Program-made: the position numbers and the translations under genes
Shown here: positions 13,685-26,680 of the stretch, in pieces
How positions within the stretch are numbered: position 1 is the first letter of the stretch
How the letters are laid out: each line of letters starts with the position of its first letter
Assembly: GCF_009914755.1 (NCBI RefSeq)
Contig: NC_060933.1
Strand: one strand, 5' to 3'
Origin: the human T2T-CHM13v2.0 reference genome, Homo sapiens
Length of the DNA stretch: 64,000 bases
The notes under the pieces: generated by a model
What the model was told of the DNA's origin: nothing
Seen by the model: the letters and a program-made list of their open reading frames with translations, nothing else
Database searches by the model: none

Positions 13685-16600
13685 CGGTATGATTCCATTC
13701 CATTGCATTCCATTCCATTCCATTCCCCTGCACTCGGGTGGATTCCATTGTATGCCATTCCATTCCATTTCATTCCATTCCATTCCATTCCATTGAAATC
13801 GATTTGATTCCATTCCATTCCATTTCATTCCATTCCATTCCATTCCATTCTATTCGGGTTAATTCCATTCCATTCCATTCCATTCCCTTCCATTCCATTC
13901 CATTCCATTCCATTCCATTCTATTAGGGTTAATTCCATTCCATTCCATTCCATTCCATTCCATTCTATTCCATTGCAATCGAGTTGATTCCATTCCATTC
14001 CATTCCATTCCATTCCATTCAATTCCGGATGATTCCATTCCATTGCCTTCCATTCCATTCCATTCCTCTGCACTCGGGTTGATTCCATTCCATTCCATTC
14101 CATTCCATTCCATGCCATTCCACTCGGGTTGATTCCATTCCTTTCCATTCCATTCGAGTTGAATCCATTCCATTCCATTCCATTCCATTCGATTCCATTC
14201 CATTGCTCACGGGTTCATTCCATTCCATTCCATTCCATTCCATTCCATTCAATTCCATTACATTGCACTCGGGTTGATTCCATTCCATTCCATTCAATTT
14301 CATTCCATTCCCTTCCATTCCATTTCACTCCATTCCATTCCATTCCATTCCGTTCCATTCCATTCCATTCCATTCGGATTAATTGTACTCAATTCCCTTA
14401 CACTTCATTACATTCTATTCCATTCGGATTGTTTCCATTCCATTACATTCCATTCCACTCCATTCCATTGCACTCAGGTTGATTCCATTCCATTCCATTC
14501 CATTCCATTCCATTTGGTTCCATTCCATTCTATTCCGTACCATTCCATTCCATTCCATTCCACTCCATTCCATGCCATTCCACTAGGGTTGATTCCATTC
14601 CTTTCCATTCCATTCGGGTTGAATCCATTCCATTGCATTGCATTCCATTCCGTATGATTCCATTCCATTGCATTCCATTCCATTCCATTCCCCTGCACTC
14701 GGGTGGATTCCATTCTATTCCATTCCATTCCATTCCATTCCATTCCATTCCATTCCATTCCATTCCATTCCATTCTATTCGGGTTAATTCCATTCCATTC
14801 CATTCCATTCCCTTTCATTCCGTTCCATTCCTTTCCATTCCATTCCATTGAAATCGAGTTGATTCCATTCCATTCCATTAAATTCCATTCCATTCCATTC
14901 CATTCTATTCGGGTTAATTCCATTCCATTCCATTCCATTCCCTTCCATTCCATTCGATTCCATTCCATTCCATTCCATTCCATTCCATTTCATTCCATTC
15001 CATTCCACTCCATTCCATTTCATTCCGTTCCATGCCATTCCACTCGGGTTGATTCCATTCCTTTCCATTCTATTCGAGTTGAACCCATTCCATTCCATTC
15101 CAGTCCATTCCATTCCCTTCCATGCCATTTCACTCGGGTTTATTCCATTCCTTTCCATTCCATTCGGGTTGAATCCATTCCATTCCATTCCATTCCATTC
15201 CATTCCATTCCATTGCACTCGGGTTGATTCCATTCCATTCCATGCCATTCCATTTCATTCCATTCCATTCCATTCCAATCCATTCCATTCCATTCCATTC
15301 CGTTCCATTCCATTCCATTACATTCGGATTGATTCTTTTTAATTCCCTTACACTCCATTTCATTCCATTCCATTCGGGTACTTTCCATTCCATTCCTTTC
15401 CTTTCCACTGCATTCTATTGCACTCGGGTTGATTGATTCCTTTCCATTGCATTCCATTCCATTTCATTCCATTCCGGATGACTCCATTCCATTGCATTCC
15501 ATTCCATTCCATTCCCCTGCACTCGGGTTGATCCCATTCCATTGTATTGCATTCCATTCCATTCCATTCCATTCCATTCCATTCCATTCCATTCCATTCC
15601 ATTCCGTTCGTTCCGTTCCGTTCCATTCCATTCCATTCCATTCTGTTCAGGTTAATTCCATTCCATTCCATTCCATTCCATCCCGTTGCAATCGAGTTGA
15701 CTCCATTGCATTCCATTCCATTCCAATCCATTGCATTCCATTCCATTCCATTCCCCTGCACTCAGATTGATTCCATTCCATTCCATTCCATTCCATTCCA
15801 TTCCATTCCGTTCCATTCCATTCCATTACATTCGGATTGATTCTTTTTAATTCCCTTACACTCCATTTCATTCCATTCTATTCGGGTACATTCCATTCCA
15901 TTCCATTCCTTTCCACTGCATTCTATTGCACTCGGGTTGATTGATTCCATTCCATTGCATTCCATTCCATTCCATTCCATTCCGGATGACTCCATTCCAT
16001 TGCATTCCATTCCATTCCATTCCCCTGCACTGGGGTTGATCCCATTCCATTGCATTGCATTCCATTCCATTGCATTCCATTCCATTCCAATCCATTCCTT
16101 TCCATTACGTTCCGTTACATTCCATTCCATTCCATTCTGTTCAGGTTAAATCCATTCCATTCCATTCCATTCCATCCCATTGCAATCGAGTTGATTCCAT
16201 TGCATTCCATTCCATTCCGTTCCATTGCATTCCATTCCATTCCATTCCCCTGCACTCAGATTGATTCCATTCCATTCCATTCCATTCCATTCCATTTCAA
16301 TCGAGTTGATTCCATTCCATTCCATTCCATTCCATTCCATTGCATTCCATTCCATTCCATTGCCCTGCACTCAGATTGATTCCATTCCATTCCATTCCAT
16401 TCCATTCTGTTCCATTCTATTCGCGTTAATTCCATTCCATTCCATTCCATTCCATTACATTACATTGCAATCGAGTTGATTCCATTCCATTCCGTTCCAT
16501 TCCATTCCATTCCATTCCATTTCGTTCCATTCCATTCTATTCCGTACCATTCCATTCCATTCCATTTCATTCCATTCCATTCCATGCCATTCCACTCGGG

Positions 16601-19600
16601 TTGATTCCATTGCTTTCCATTCCATTTGGGTTGAATCCAATCCATTTCATTCCATTCCATTCCATTCCATTCCATTCCATTGCACTAGTTATGATTCCAT
16701 TCCACTGCATTCCATTCCATTCCATTCCATTTCATTCCGTTCCATTCCATTCCATTACATTCGGATTCATTCTTTTTAATTCCCTTACACTCCATTACAT
16801 TCCATTCCATTCGGGTACTTTCCATTCCATTCCATTCCTTTCCACTGCATTCTATTGCACTCGGGTTGATTGATTCCATTCCATTGCATTCCATTCCATT
16901 CCATTCCATTCCGGATGACTCCATTCCATTGCATTCCATTCCATTCCATTCCCCTGCACTCGGGTTGATCCCATTCCATTCCATTCCATTCCATTCCATC
17001 CCATTGAAATCGAGTTGATTCCATTGCATTCCATTCCATTCCATTCCATTCCATTCCATTCCATTCCATTCCATTCCATTCCCCTGCACTCACATTGATT
17101 CCATTCCATTCCATTCGATTCCGTTCCATTCTATTCGCGTTAATTCCATTCCATTCCATTCCATTACATTACATTGCAATCGAGTTGATTCCATTCCTTT
17201 CCGTTCCATTCCGTTCCATTCCATTCCATTTCGTTCCATTCCATTCTATTCCGTACCATTCCATTCCATTCAATTTCAGTCCATTCCATTCCATGCCATT
17301 CCACTCGGGTTGATTCCATTGCTTTCCGTTTCATTTGGGTTGAATCCAATCCATTCCATTCCATTCCATTCCATTCCATTCCATTCCATTGCACTAGGTA
17401 TGATTCCATTCCACTGCATTCCATTCCATTCCATTCCATTCCATTCCGTTCCATTCCATTCCATTACATTCGGATTGATTGTACTCAATTCCCTTACACT
17501 CCATTACATTCTATTCAATTCGGGTTGTTTCCATTCCATTATATTCCATTCCACTCCATTCCATTGCACTCAGGTTGATTCCATTCCATTCCATTCCATT
17601 CCATTCCATTTCGTTCCATTCCATTCTATTCCGTACCATTCCATTCCATTCCATTCCTCTCCATTCCATTCCATTCCATTCCATTCCATTCCATTCCATT
17701 CTATTCGGGTTAATTTCATTCAGTTCCATTCCATTCCCTTTCATTCCATTCCATTCCTTTCCATTCCATTCCATTGAAATCGAGTTGATTCCATTCCTTC
17801 CCATTCCATTCCATTCCATTCCATTCCATTCCATTCCATTCTATTCGGGTTAATTCCATTCCATTCCATTCCCTTCCATTCCATTGCATTCCATTCCATT
17901 CTATTAGGGTTAATTCCATTCCATTCCATTCCATTCCATTCCATTCCATTCCATTCCATTCCATTTCAATCGAGTTGATTCCATTCCATTCCATTCCATT
18001 CCATTCCATTCAATTCCGGATGATTCCATTCCATTGCCTTCCATTCCATTCCATTCCCCTGCACTCGGGTTGATTCCATTCTATTCCATTCCATTCCATT
18101 CCATTCCATTCCATTCCATTCCTTTTCGTTCCATTCCGTTCTATTCCATACCATTCCATTCCATTCCATTCCATTCCATTCCATGCCATTCCACTCGGGT
18201 TGATTCCATTCCTTTCCATTCCATTCGAGTTGAATCCATTCCATTCCATTCCATTCTATTGCACACGGGTTCATTCCATTCCATTCCATTCCATTCCATT
18301 CAATTCCATTCCATTCCATTTCGTTCCATTCCATTCTCTTCCGCACCATTCCGTTCCATTCCATTCCATTCCACTCCATTCCATGCTATTCCACTCGGGT
18401 TTATTCCATTCCTTTCCATTCCATTCGGGTTGAATCCATTCCACTCCATTCCATTCCATTCCATTCTATTCCATTACATTGCACTCGGGTTGATTCCATT
18501 CCATTCCATTCCTTTCCATTTCATTCCATTCCATTCCATTCCATTCCATTCCATTTCATTCCGTTCCATGCCATTCCACTTGGGTTGATTCCATTGCTTT
18601 CCATTCTATTCGAGTTGACACCATTTCATTCCATTCCATTCCATTCCATTCCATTCCATTCCATTGCACACGGGTTCATTCCATTCCATTCCATTCCATT
18701 CCATTCCATTCCATTTCGTTCCATTCCATTCTATTCTGTATCATTCCTTTCCATTCCATTCCCTTCTATGCCATTTCACTCAGGTTTATTCCATTCCTTT
18801 CTATTCCATTCGGGTTGAATCCATTCCATTCCATTCCATTCCATTCGATTCCATTCTATTGCACTCGGGTTGATTCCATTCCATTCCATGCCATTCCATT
18901 TCATTCCATTCCATTCCATTCCAATCCATTCCATTCCATTCCATTCCGTTCCATTCCATTCCATTACATTGGGATTGATTCTTTTTAATTCCCTTACACT
19001 CCATTACATTCCATTCCATTCGGGTACTTTCCATTCCATTCCATTCCTTTCCACTGCATTCTATTGAACTCGGGTTGATTGATTCCATTCCATTGCATTC
19101 CATTCCATTATATTCCATTCCGGATGACTCCATTCCATTGCATTCCATTCCATTCCATTCCCCTGCACTCGGGTTGATCCCATTCCTTTGCATTGCATTC
19201 CATTCCATTCCATTCCATTCCAGTCCTATCCATTCCATTCCACTCGGGTTGATTCCATTCTATTAGTTTCCATTCCATTCCATTCCCTTCCATTCCACTC
19301 TGTTTGATTCCATTCCTTTCCATTCCACTCGAATACATTCCTTCCTGTTCCACTCGGAACGATTCCATTCCATTCCATTCCATTCCATTCCATTCCATTT
19401 CGTTCCATTCCATTCTATTCCGTATCATTCCATTCCATTCCATTCCATTCCATTCCATTCCATTCCATTCCATTCCATTCCATTCCACTCGTGTTGATTC
19501 CATTCCTTTCCATTCCATTCGGTTTGAAGGCATTCCATTCCATTCCATTCCATTCCATTCCTTTCCATTCCATTCCATTGTACTCGGGTTGATTGCATTC

Positions 19601-22600
19601 CATTGCATTCCATTCCATTCCATTCCGTTGCATTCCATTCCATTACATTCGGATTGATTCTTTTCAACTCCCTTACTCTCCATTCCATTCCATTCCTTTC
19701 GTGGTGTTCCATTCCATTCCATTCCATTCCACTCCATTCCATTGCACTCGGGTTGATTCCATTCCATTCCATTCCATTCCATTCCATTCCATTCGGGATG
19801 ATTCCATTCCATTGCATTCCGTTCCATTACATTCCCCTGCACACGCATTGATTCCATTCCATTCCTTTCAATTCCATTCCATTACAATTCGTTACATTCC
19901 ATTCTATTCCGTACCATTCCATTCCATTCCATACCATTCCATTCCATTCCATTCCATTCCATTCCATTCCATTCCATTCCGTTCCATTGCATTCCATTCC
20001 ATTCTATTCGGGTTAATTCCATTCCATTCCATTCCATTCCATTCTATTGCATTCCATTGCAATCGAGTTGAATCCATTGCATTTCATTCCATTCCATTCC
20101 ATTCCATTCCATTCCCCTGCACTCGCGTTGATTCCATTCCATTCCATTCCATTCCATTCCATTCCGTTCCGTTCCATTCCATTCCATTCCATTCCATTCC
20201 ATTCCGTTGCTTTCCATTCCATTCCATTCCATTCTATTCGAGTTAATTCCATTCCATTCCATTCGATTGCAATAGAGTTGATTCCATTACATTTCATTCC
20301 ATTCCATTCGATTCCATTCGATTGCACTCGGGTTTATTCCATTCCATTCCATTCCATTCCATTCCGGAAGATTTCATTCCATTGCATTCCATTACATTCC
20401 ATTCCCCTGCACTCGCGTTGATTCCATTCCATTCCATTCCATTCCATTCCATTCCATTCCATTCCGTTCCGTTCCATTCCATTCCATTCCATTCCATTCC
20501 ATTCCATTCCGTTCCTTTCCATTCCATTCCATTCCATTCTATTCGGGTTAATTCCATTCCATTCCATTCTATTGTAATCGTGTTGATTCCATTCCATTCC
20601 ATTCCATTCCATTCCATTCCATTCCATTCCATTCCATTCCATTCCTTTCCATTCCATTACGGGTGATTCCATTCCATTGCATTCCATTCCATTCCATTCC
20701 CCTGTACTCGGGTTGATTCCATTCCATTGCATTCCAATCCATGCCCTTCCACTCGTGTTGATTACATTCTTTCCATTCCATTCAAGTTGAATCCATTCCA
20801 TTGCATTCCATTCCATTCGATTCCATTCGATTGCACTCGGGTTGATTCCATTCCATTGCATTCCATTCCATTCAATTCCATTCTATTCCATTCCATTCCG
20901 TTCCATTCTATTCCATTACATTCGGATTGATTCTATTCAATTCCCTTACACTCCATTACATTCCATTCCATTCGGGTAGTTTCCATTCCATTCCATTCCA
21001 TTCCTCTCCATTCCATTGCACTCGGGTTGATTCCATTCCATTGCATTCCAATCCATTCCATTCAATTCCATTCCGTTCCATTCCATTCCATTACATTCGG
21101 ATTGATTCTATTCAACTCCCTTACACTCCATTCCATTCCATTCCATTCGGGTTGTTCCATTCCATTCCATTCCATTCCACTCCATTCCATTGCACTCGGG
21201 TTTATTCCATTCCATTCCATTCCATTCCATTCCATTCCATTCCACTCCATTCCGGAAGATTCCATTCCATTGCATTCCATTCCATTCCATTCCCCTGCAC
21301 TCGCGTTGATTCCATTCCATTCCATTCCATTCCATTCCATTCCATTCCTTTCCGTTCCATTCCATTCCATTCCATTGCATTCCAATCCATTCCATTCTGT
21401 TCCGTTCCATTCCATTCCATTCCATTCCATTCTATTCGGGTTAATTCCATTCCATTCCATTCGATTGCAATGGAGTTGATTCCATTCCATTCCATTCCAT
21501 TCGATTCCATTCCATTCCATTCCTTTCCATTCCATTACGGATGATTCCATTCCATTGCATTCCATTCCATTCCATTCCCCTGTACTCGGGTTGATTCCAT
21601 TCCATTCCATTCCAATTCCTGCCATTCCACTCGTGTTGATTCCATTCCTTCCATTCCATTCAAGTTGAATCCATTCCATTGCATTCCATTCCATTCCATT
21701 CCCCTGCAGTCGGGTTGTTTCCGTTCCATTCCATTCCATTCCATTCCATTCCATTCCATTCCATTCCACTCCATTCCAGTCCTTCCCAATCCATTCCACT
21801 CGGGTTGATCCCAATGTATTCCTTTCCATTCCATTCCATTCTATTGCAATCGAGTTGATTCCATTGCTTTGCATTCCATTCCATTCCATTCCATTCCGGA
21901 TGATTCCATTCCATTGCATTCCATTCCATTCCATTCCCCTGCACTCGGGTTGATTCCATTCCATTCCACTCCATTCCACTCCATTCCATTGCACTCGGGT
22001 TGATTCCATTCTATTCTATTACATTCCATTCCGGATGATTCCATTCCATTACATTCCGTTCCATTACATTCCCCTGCACTGGCGTTGATTCCATTCCATT
22101 CCATTCAATTCCATTCCATTACAATTCGTTACATTCCATTCTATTCCGTACCATTCAATTCCATTCCATACCATTCCATTCCATTCCATTCCATTCCATT
22201 CCGTTCCATTCCGTTCCATTGCATTCCATTCCATTCTATTCGGGTTAATTCCATTCCATTCCATTCCATTAGATTCTATTCCATTCCATTGCAATCGAGT
22301 TGAATCCATTGCATTTCATTCCATTCCATTCCATTCCATTCCATTCCGGAAGATTCCATTCCATTGCATTCCATTCCATTCCATTCCCCTGCACTCGCGT
22401 TGATTCCATTCCATTCCATTCCATTCCATTCCGTTCCGTTTCATTCCATTCCATTCCATTCCATTCCATTCCGTTCCTTTCCATTCCATTCCATTCCATT
22501 CTATTCGGGTTCATTCCATTCCATTCCATTCGATTGCAATCGAGTTGATTCCATTCCATTGCATTCCATTCCATTCGATTCCATTCGATTGCACTCGGGT

Positions 22601-24120
22601 TGATTCCATTCCATTGCATTCCATTCCATTCCTTTCCATTCCATTCCATTCCATTCCATTCAGTTCCAATCCTTTCCATTACATTCGGATTGATTTTATT
22701 CAATTCCCTTACAGTCCATTACATTCCATTCCATTCGGGTAGTTTCCACTCCATTCCATTCCATTCCTCTCCATTCCATTGCACTCGGGTTGATTCCATT
22801 CCATTGCATTCCATTCCATTCCATTCAATTCCATTCCGTTCCATTCCATTCCGTTACATTCGGATTGATTCTATTCAACTCCCTTACTCTGCATTACATT
22901 CGATTCCATTCGGGTTGTTCCATTCCATTCCATTCCATTCCACTCCATTCCATTGCACTTGGGTTGATTCCATTCCATTCCATTCCATTCCATTCCGGAA
23001 GATTCCATTCCATTGCATTCCATTACATTCCATTGCCCTGCACTCGGGTTGATTCTATTCCATTCCACTCCATTCCGTTCCATTCCATTCCATTCCATTG
23101 TATTCGGGTTAATTCTATTCCATTCCATTCCATTCCATTCCATTCCATTCCATTACAATCGAGTTGATTCCATTCCATTCCATTCCATTCCATTCCATTC
23201 CATTCCATTCCATTCCAGTCCTTTCCATTCCATTCCACTCGGGTTGATTCCATTCTATTAATTTCCATTCCATTCCATTCCCTTCCATTCCACTCTGGTT
23301 GATTCCATTCCTTTCCATTCCACTCGAATACATTCCCTCCTATTCCACTCGGAACGATTCCATTCCATTCCATTCCATTCCATTCCATTCCATTCCATTC
23401 CAGTTCGTTCCATTCCATTGTATTCCGTACCATTCCATTCCATTCCATTCCTTTCCATTCCATTCCTTTCCACTCGTGTTGATTCCATTCCTTTCCATTC
23501 CATTCGGTTTGACGGCATTCCCTTCCATTCCATTCCATTCCATTACATTCCATTCCATTCCATTCTATTCCACTCCATTGCAATCGAGTTGAATCCATTG
23601 GCTTTCATTCCATTCCATTCCATTCCATTCCATTCCGGAATATTCCATTCCATTGCATTCCATTCCATTCCATTCCCCTGCACTCGCGTTGATTCCATTC
23701 CATTCCATTCCATTCCATTCCATTCCATTCCTTTCCATTCCATTACGGATGATTCCATTCCATTGCATTCCATTCCATTCCATTCCCCTGTACTCGGGTA
23801 GATTCCATTCCATTGCATTCCATTCCATTCCATTCCCCTGCACTCGCGTTGATTCCATTCCATTCCATTCCATTCCATTCCATTCCATTCCATTCCATTC
23901 CATTCCATTCCTTTCCGTTCCATTGCATTCCATTCCATTCCATTTCATTCCGTTCCGTTCCGTTCCGTTCCATTCCATTCCATTCCATTCTATTCGGGTT
24001 AATTCCATTACATTCCATTCGACTGCAATCGAGTTCATTTCATTCCATTCCATTCCATTCCATTCCATTCCATTCCATTCCATTCCATTCCATTCCTTTC
24101 CATTCCATTCCATTCCATTC

Positions 24121-26680
24121 CATTCCGTTCCGTTCCGTTCCGTTCCGTTCCGTTCCATTCCATTCCATTCCATTCTATTCGGGTTAATTCCATTCCATTC
24201 CATTCCATTGCAATGGAGTTGATTCCATTCCATTCCATTCCATTCCATTCCATTCCATTCCATTCCTTTCCTTTCCATTACGGATGATTCCATTGAATTG
24301 CATTCCATTCCATTCCATTCCCCTGTACTCGGGTTGATTCCATTCCATTCCATTCCAATTCCTGCCATTCCACTCGTGTTGATTCCATTCTTTCCATTCC
24401 ATTCAAGTTGAGTCCATTCCATTGCATTCCATTCCATTCCATTCCCCCGCAGTCGGGTTGTTTCCATTCCATTCCATTCCATTCCATTCCATTCCGTTCC
24501 ATTCCATTCCATTATATTCTATTCGGGTTAATTCCATTCCATTCCATTCCATTCCATTCCATTCCGTTCCAATCGAGTTGATTCCATTCCATTCCATTCC
24601 ATTCCATTCCCCTCCATTCCAGTCCTTCCCATTCCATTCCACTCGGGTTAATCCCAATGTATTCCTTTCCATTCCATTCTATTCCATTGCAATCGAGCTG
24701 ATTCCATTGCTTTGCATTCCATTCCATTCCATTCCATTCCGGATGATTCCATTCCATTGCATTCCATTCCATTCCATTCCCCTGCACTCGGGTTGATTCC
24801 ATTCCATTCCACTCCATTCCGTTCCATTCCATTCCATTGCATTGTATTCAGGTTAATTCCATTCCATTCCATTCCATTCCATTCCATTCCATTCCATTCC
24901 ATTCCATTACAATCGAGTTGATTCCATTCCATTCCATTCCATTCCATTCCAGTCCTTTCCATTCCATTCCTCTCGGGTTGATTCCATTCTATTAGTTTCC
25001 ATTCCATTCCATTCCCTTCCATTCCACTCTGGTTGATTCCATTCCTTTCCATTCCACTCGAATACATTCCCTCCTATTCCACTCGGAAGGATTCCATTCC
25101 ATTCCATTCCATTCCATTCCATTCCATTCCATTCCATTTCGTTCCATTCCATTCTATTCCGTATCATTCCATTCCATTCCATTTCATTCCATTCCATTCC
25201 ATTGCATTCCATTGTACTCGGGTTGATTCAATTCCATTGCATTCCATTCCATTCCATTCCATTCCATTCCGTTGCATTCCATTCCATTACATTCGGATTG
25301 ATTCTATTCAACTCCCTTACTCTCCATTACATTCCATTCCATTCGGGTTGCTCCATTCCATTCCATTCCATTCCACTCCATTCCATTGCACTCGGGTTGA
25401 TTCCATTCCATTCCATTCCATTCCATTCCATTCCAGATGATTCCATTCCATTGCATTCCGTTCCATTACTTTCCCCTGCACTCGCGTTGATTCCATTCCA
25501 TTCCATTCCATTCCATTCAATTCCATTCCATTACAATTCGTTCCATTCCATTCCATTCCGTACCATTCCATTTCATTCGATACCATTCCATTCCATTCCA
25601 TTCCATTCCATTGCGTTCCATTCCGTTCCATTCCATTCCATTCCATTCTATTCGAATTAATTCCATTCCATTCCATTCCATTCTATTCCATTCCATAGCA
25701 ATCGAGTTGAATCCATTGCATTTCATTCCATTCCATTCCATTCCATTCCATTCCGGAAGATTCCATTCCATTGTATTCGATTCCATTCCCCTGCACTCGC
25801 GTTGATTCCATTCCATTCCATTCCATTCCATTCCATTCCATTCCGTTCCGTTCCGTTCCATTCCATTCCATTTCATTCCATTCTATTCCGTTCCGTTCCA
25901 TTCCATTCCATTCCATTCTATTCGGGTTAATTCCATTCCATTCCATTGGATTCCAATCGAGTTGATTCCATTCCATTCCATTCCATTCCATTCCACTCCA
26001 TTCCAGTCCTTTCCATTCCATTCCACTCGGGTTGATTCCAATGTATTCCTTTCCATTCCATTCCATTCCATTGCAATCGAGTTGATTCCATTGCTTTGCA
26101 TTCCATTCCATTCCATTCCATTCCGGATGATTCCATTCCATTGCATTCCATTCCATTCCCTTCCCCTGCACTCGGGTTGATTCCATTCCATTCCACTCCA
26201 TTCCGTTTCATTCCATTCCATTCCATTTTATTCGGGTTAATTCCATTCCATTGCATTCCATTCCATTCCATTCCCCTGCATTCGGGTTGATTCCATTCCA
26301 TTCCACTCCATTCCGTTCCATTCCATTCCATTCCGTTGTATTCGGGTTAATTCCATTCCATTCCATTCCATTCCATTCCATTCCATTTCATTCCATTACA
26401 ATCGAGTTAATTCCATTCCATTCCATTCCATTCCATTCCATTCCATTCCAGTCCTTTCCTTTCCATTCCACTCGGGTTGATTCCATTTTATTAGTTTCCA
26501 TTCCATTCCATTCCCTTCCATTCCACTCTGGTTGATTCCATTCCTTTCCATTCCACTCGAATACATTCCCTCCTATTCCACTCGGAACGATTCCATTCCA
26601 TTCCATTCCATTCCATTCCATTCCATTCCATTCCATTCCATTTCGTTCCATTCCATTCTATTCCGTATCATTCCATTGCA
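24121..26680 (+). repeat. ~2.5-kb block, copy 1 of 3 (others at ~39311-41870 and ~42571-44960)
   Basis: Shared rare words (GAGCTG, GGGTTAATCCCAATG, CGGAAGG, TACTTTCCCC, CGAATTAA, CATAGCAA, CATTTTATTCGGG). ORF offsets are 15186-15201 and 18449-18459. Confidence 0.88.

Larger units (their letters stand above)
1..19200 (+). repeat. HSat3 sub-domain L (left word vocabulary)
   Basis: Recurrent words GCACTCAGATTG, CTGTTCAGGTTAA, TTGAACCC, GCACACGGGTTC/GCTCACG, GATTCTTTTTAATTCCC and GGGTTGATTGATTCC. It lacks CCGGAAG, TACGGATG, CAAGTTG and GAATACATTCC. The boundary is approximate. Confidence 0.75.

Noticed and set aside
320-19090. TGATTGAT (PBX-HOX-like) motif within GGGTTGATTGATTCC
   Set aside because: It is a short match produced by a 4-bp duplication and spread by block duplication, with no independent evidence of function.
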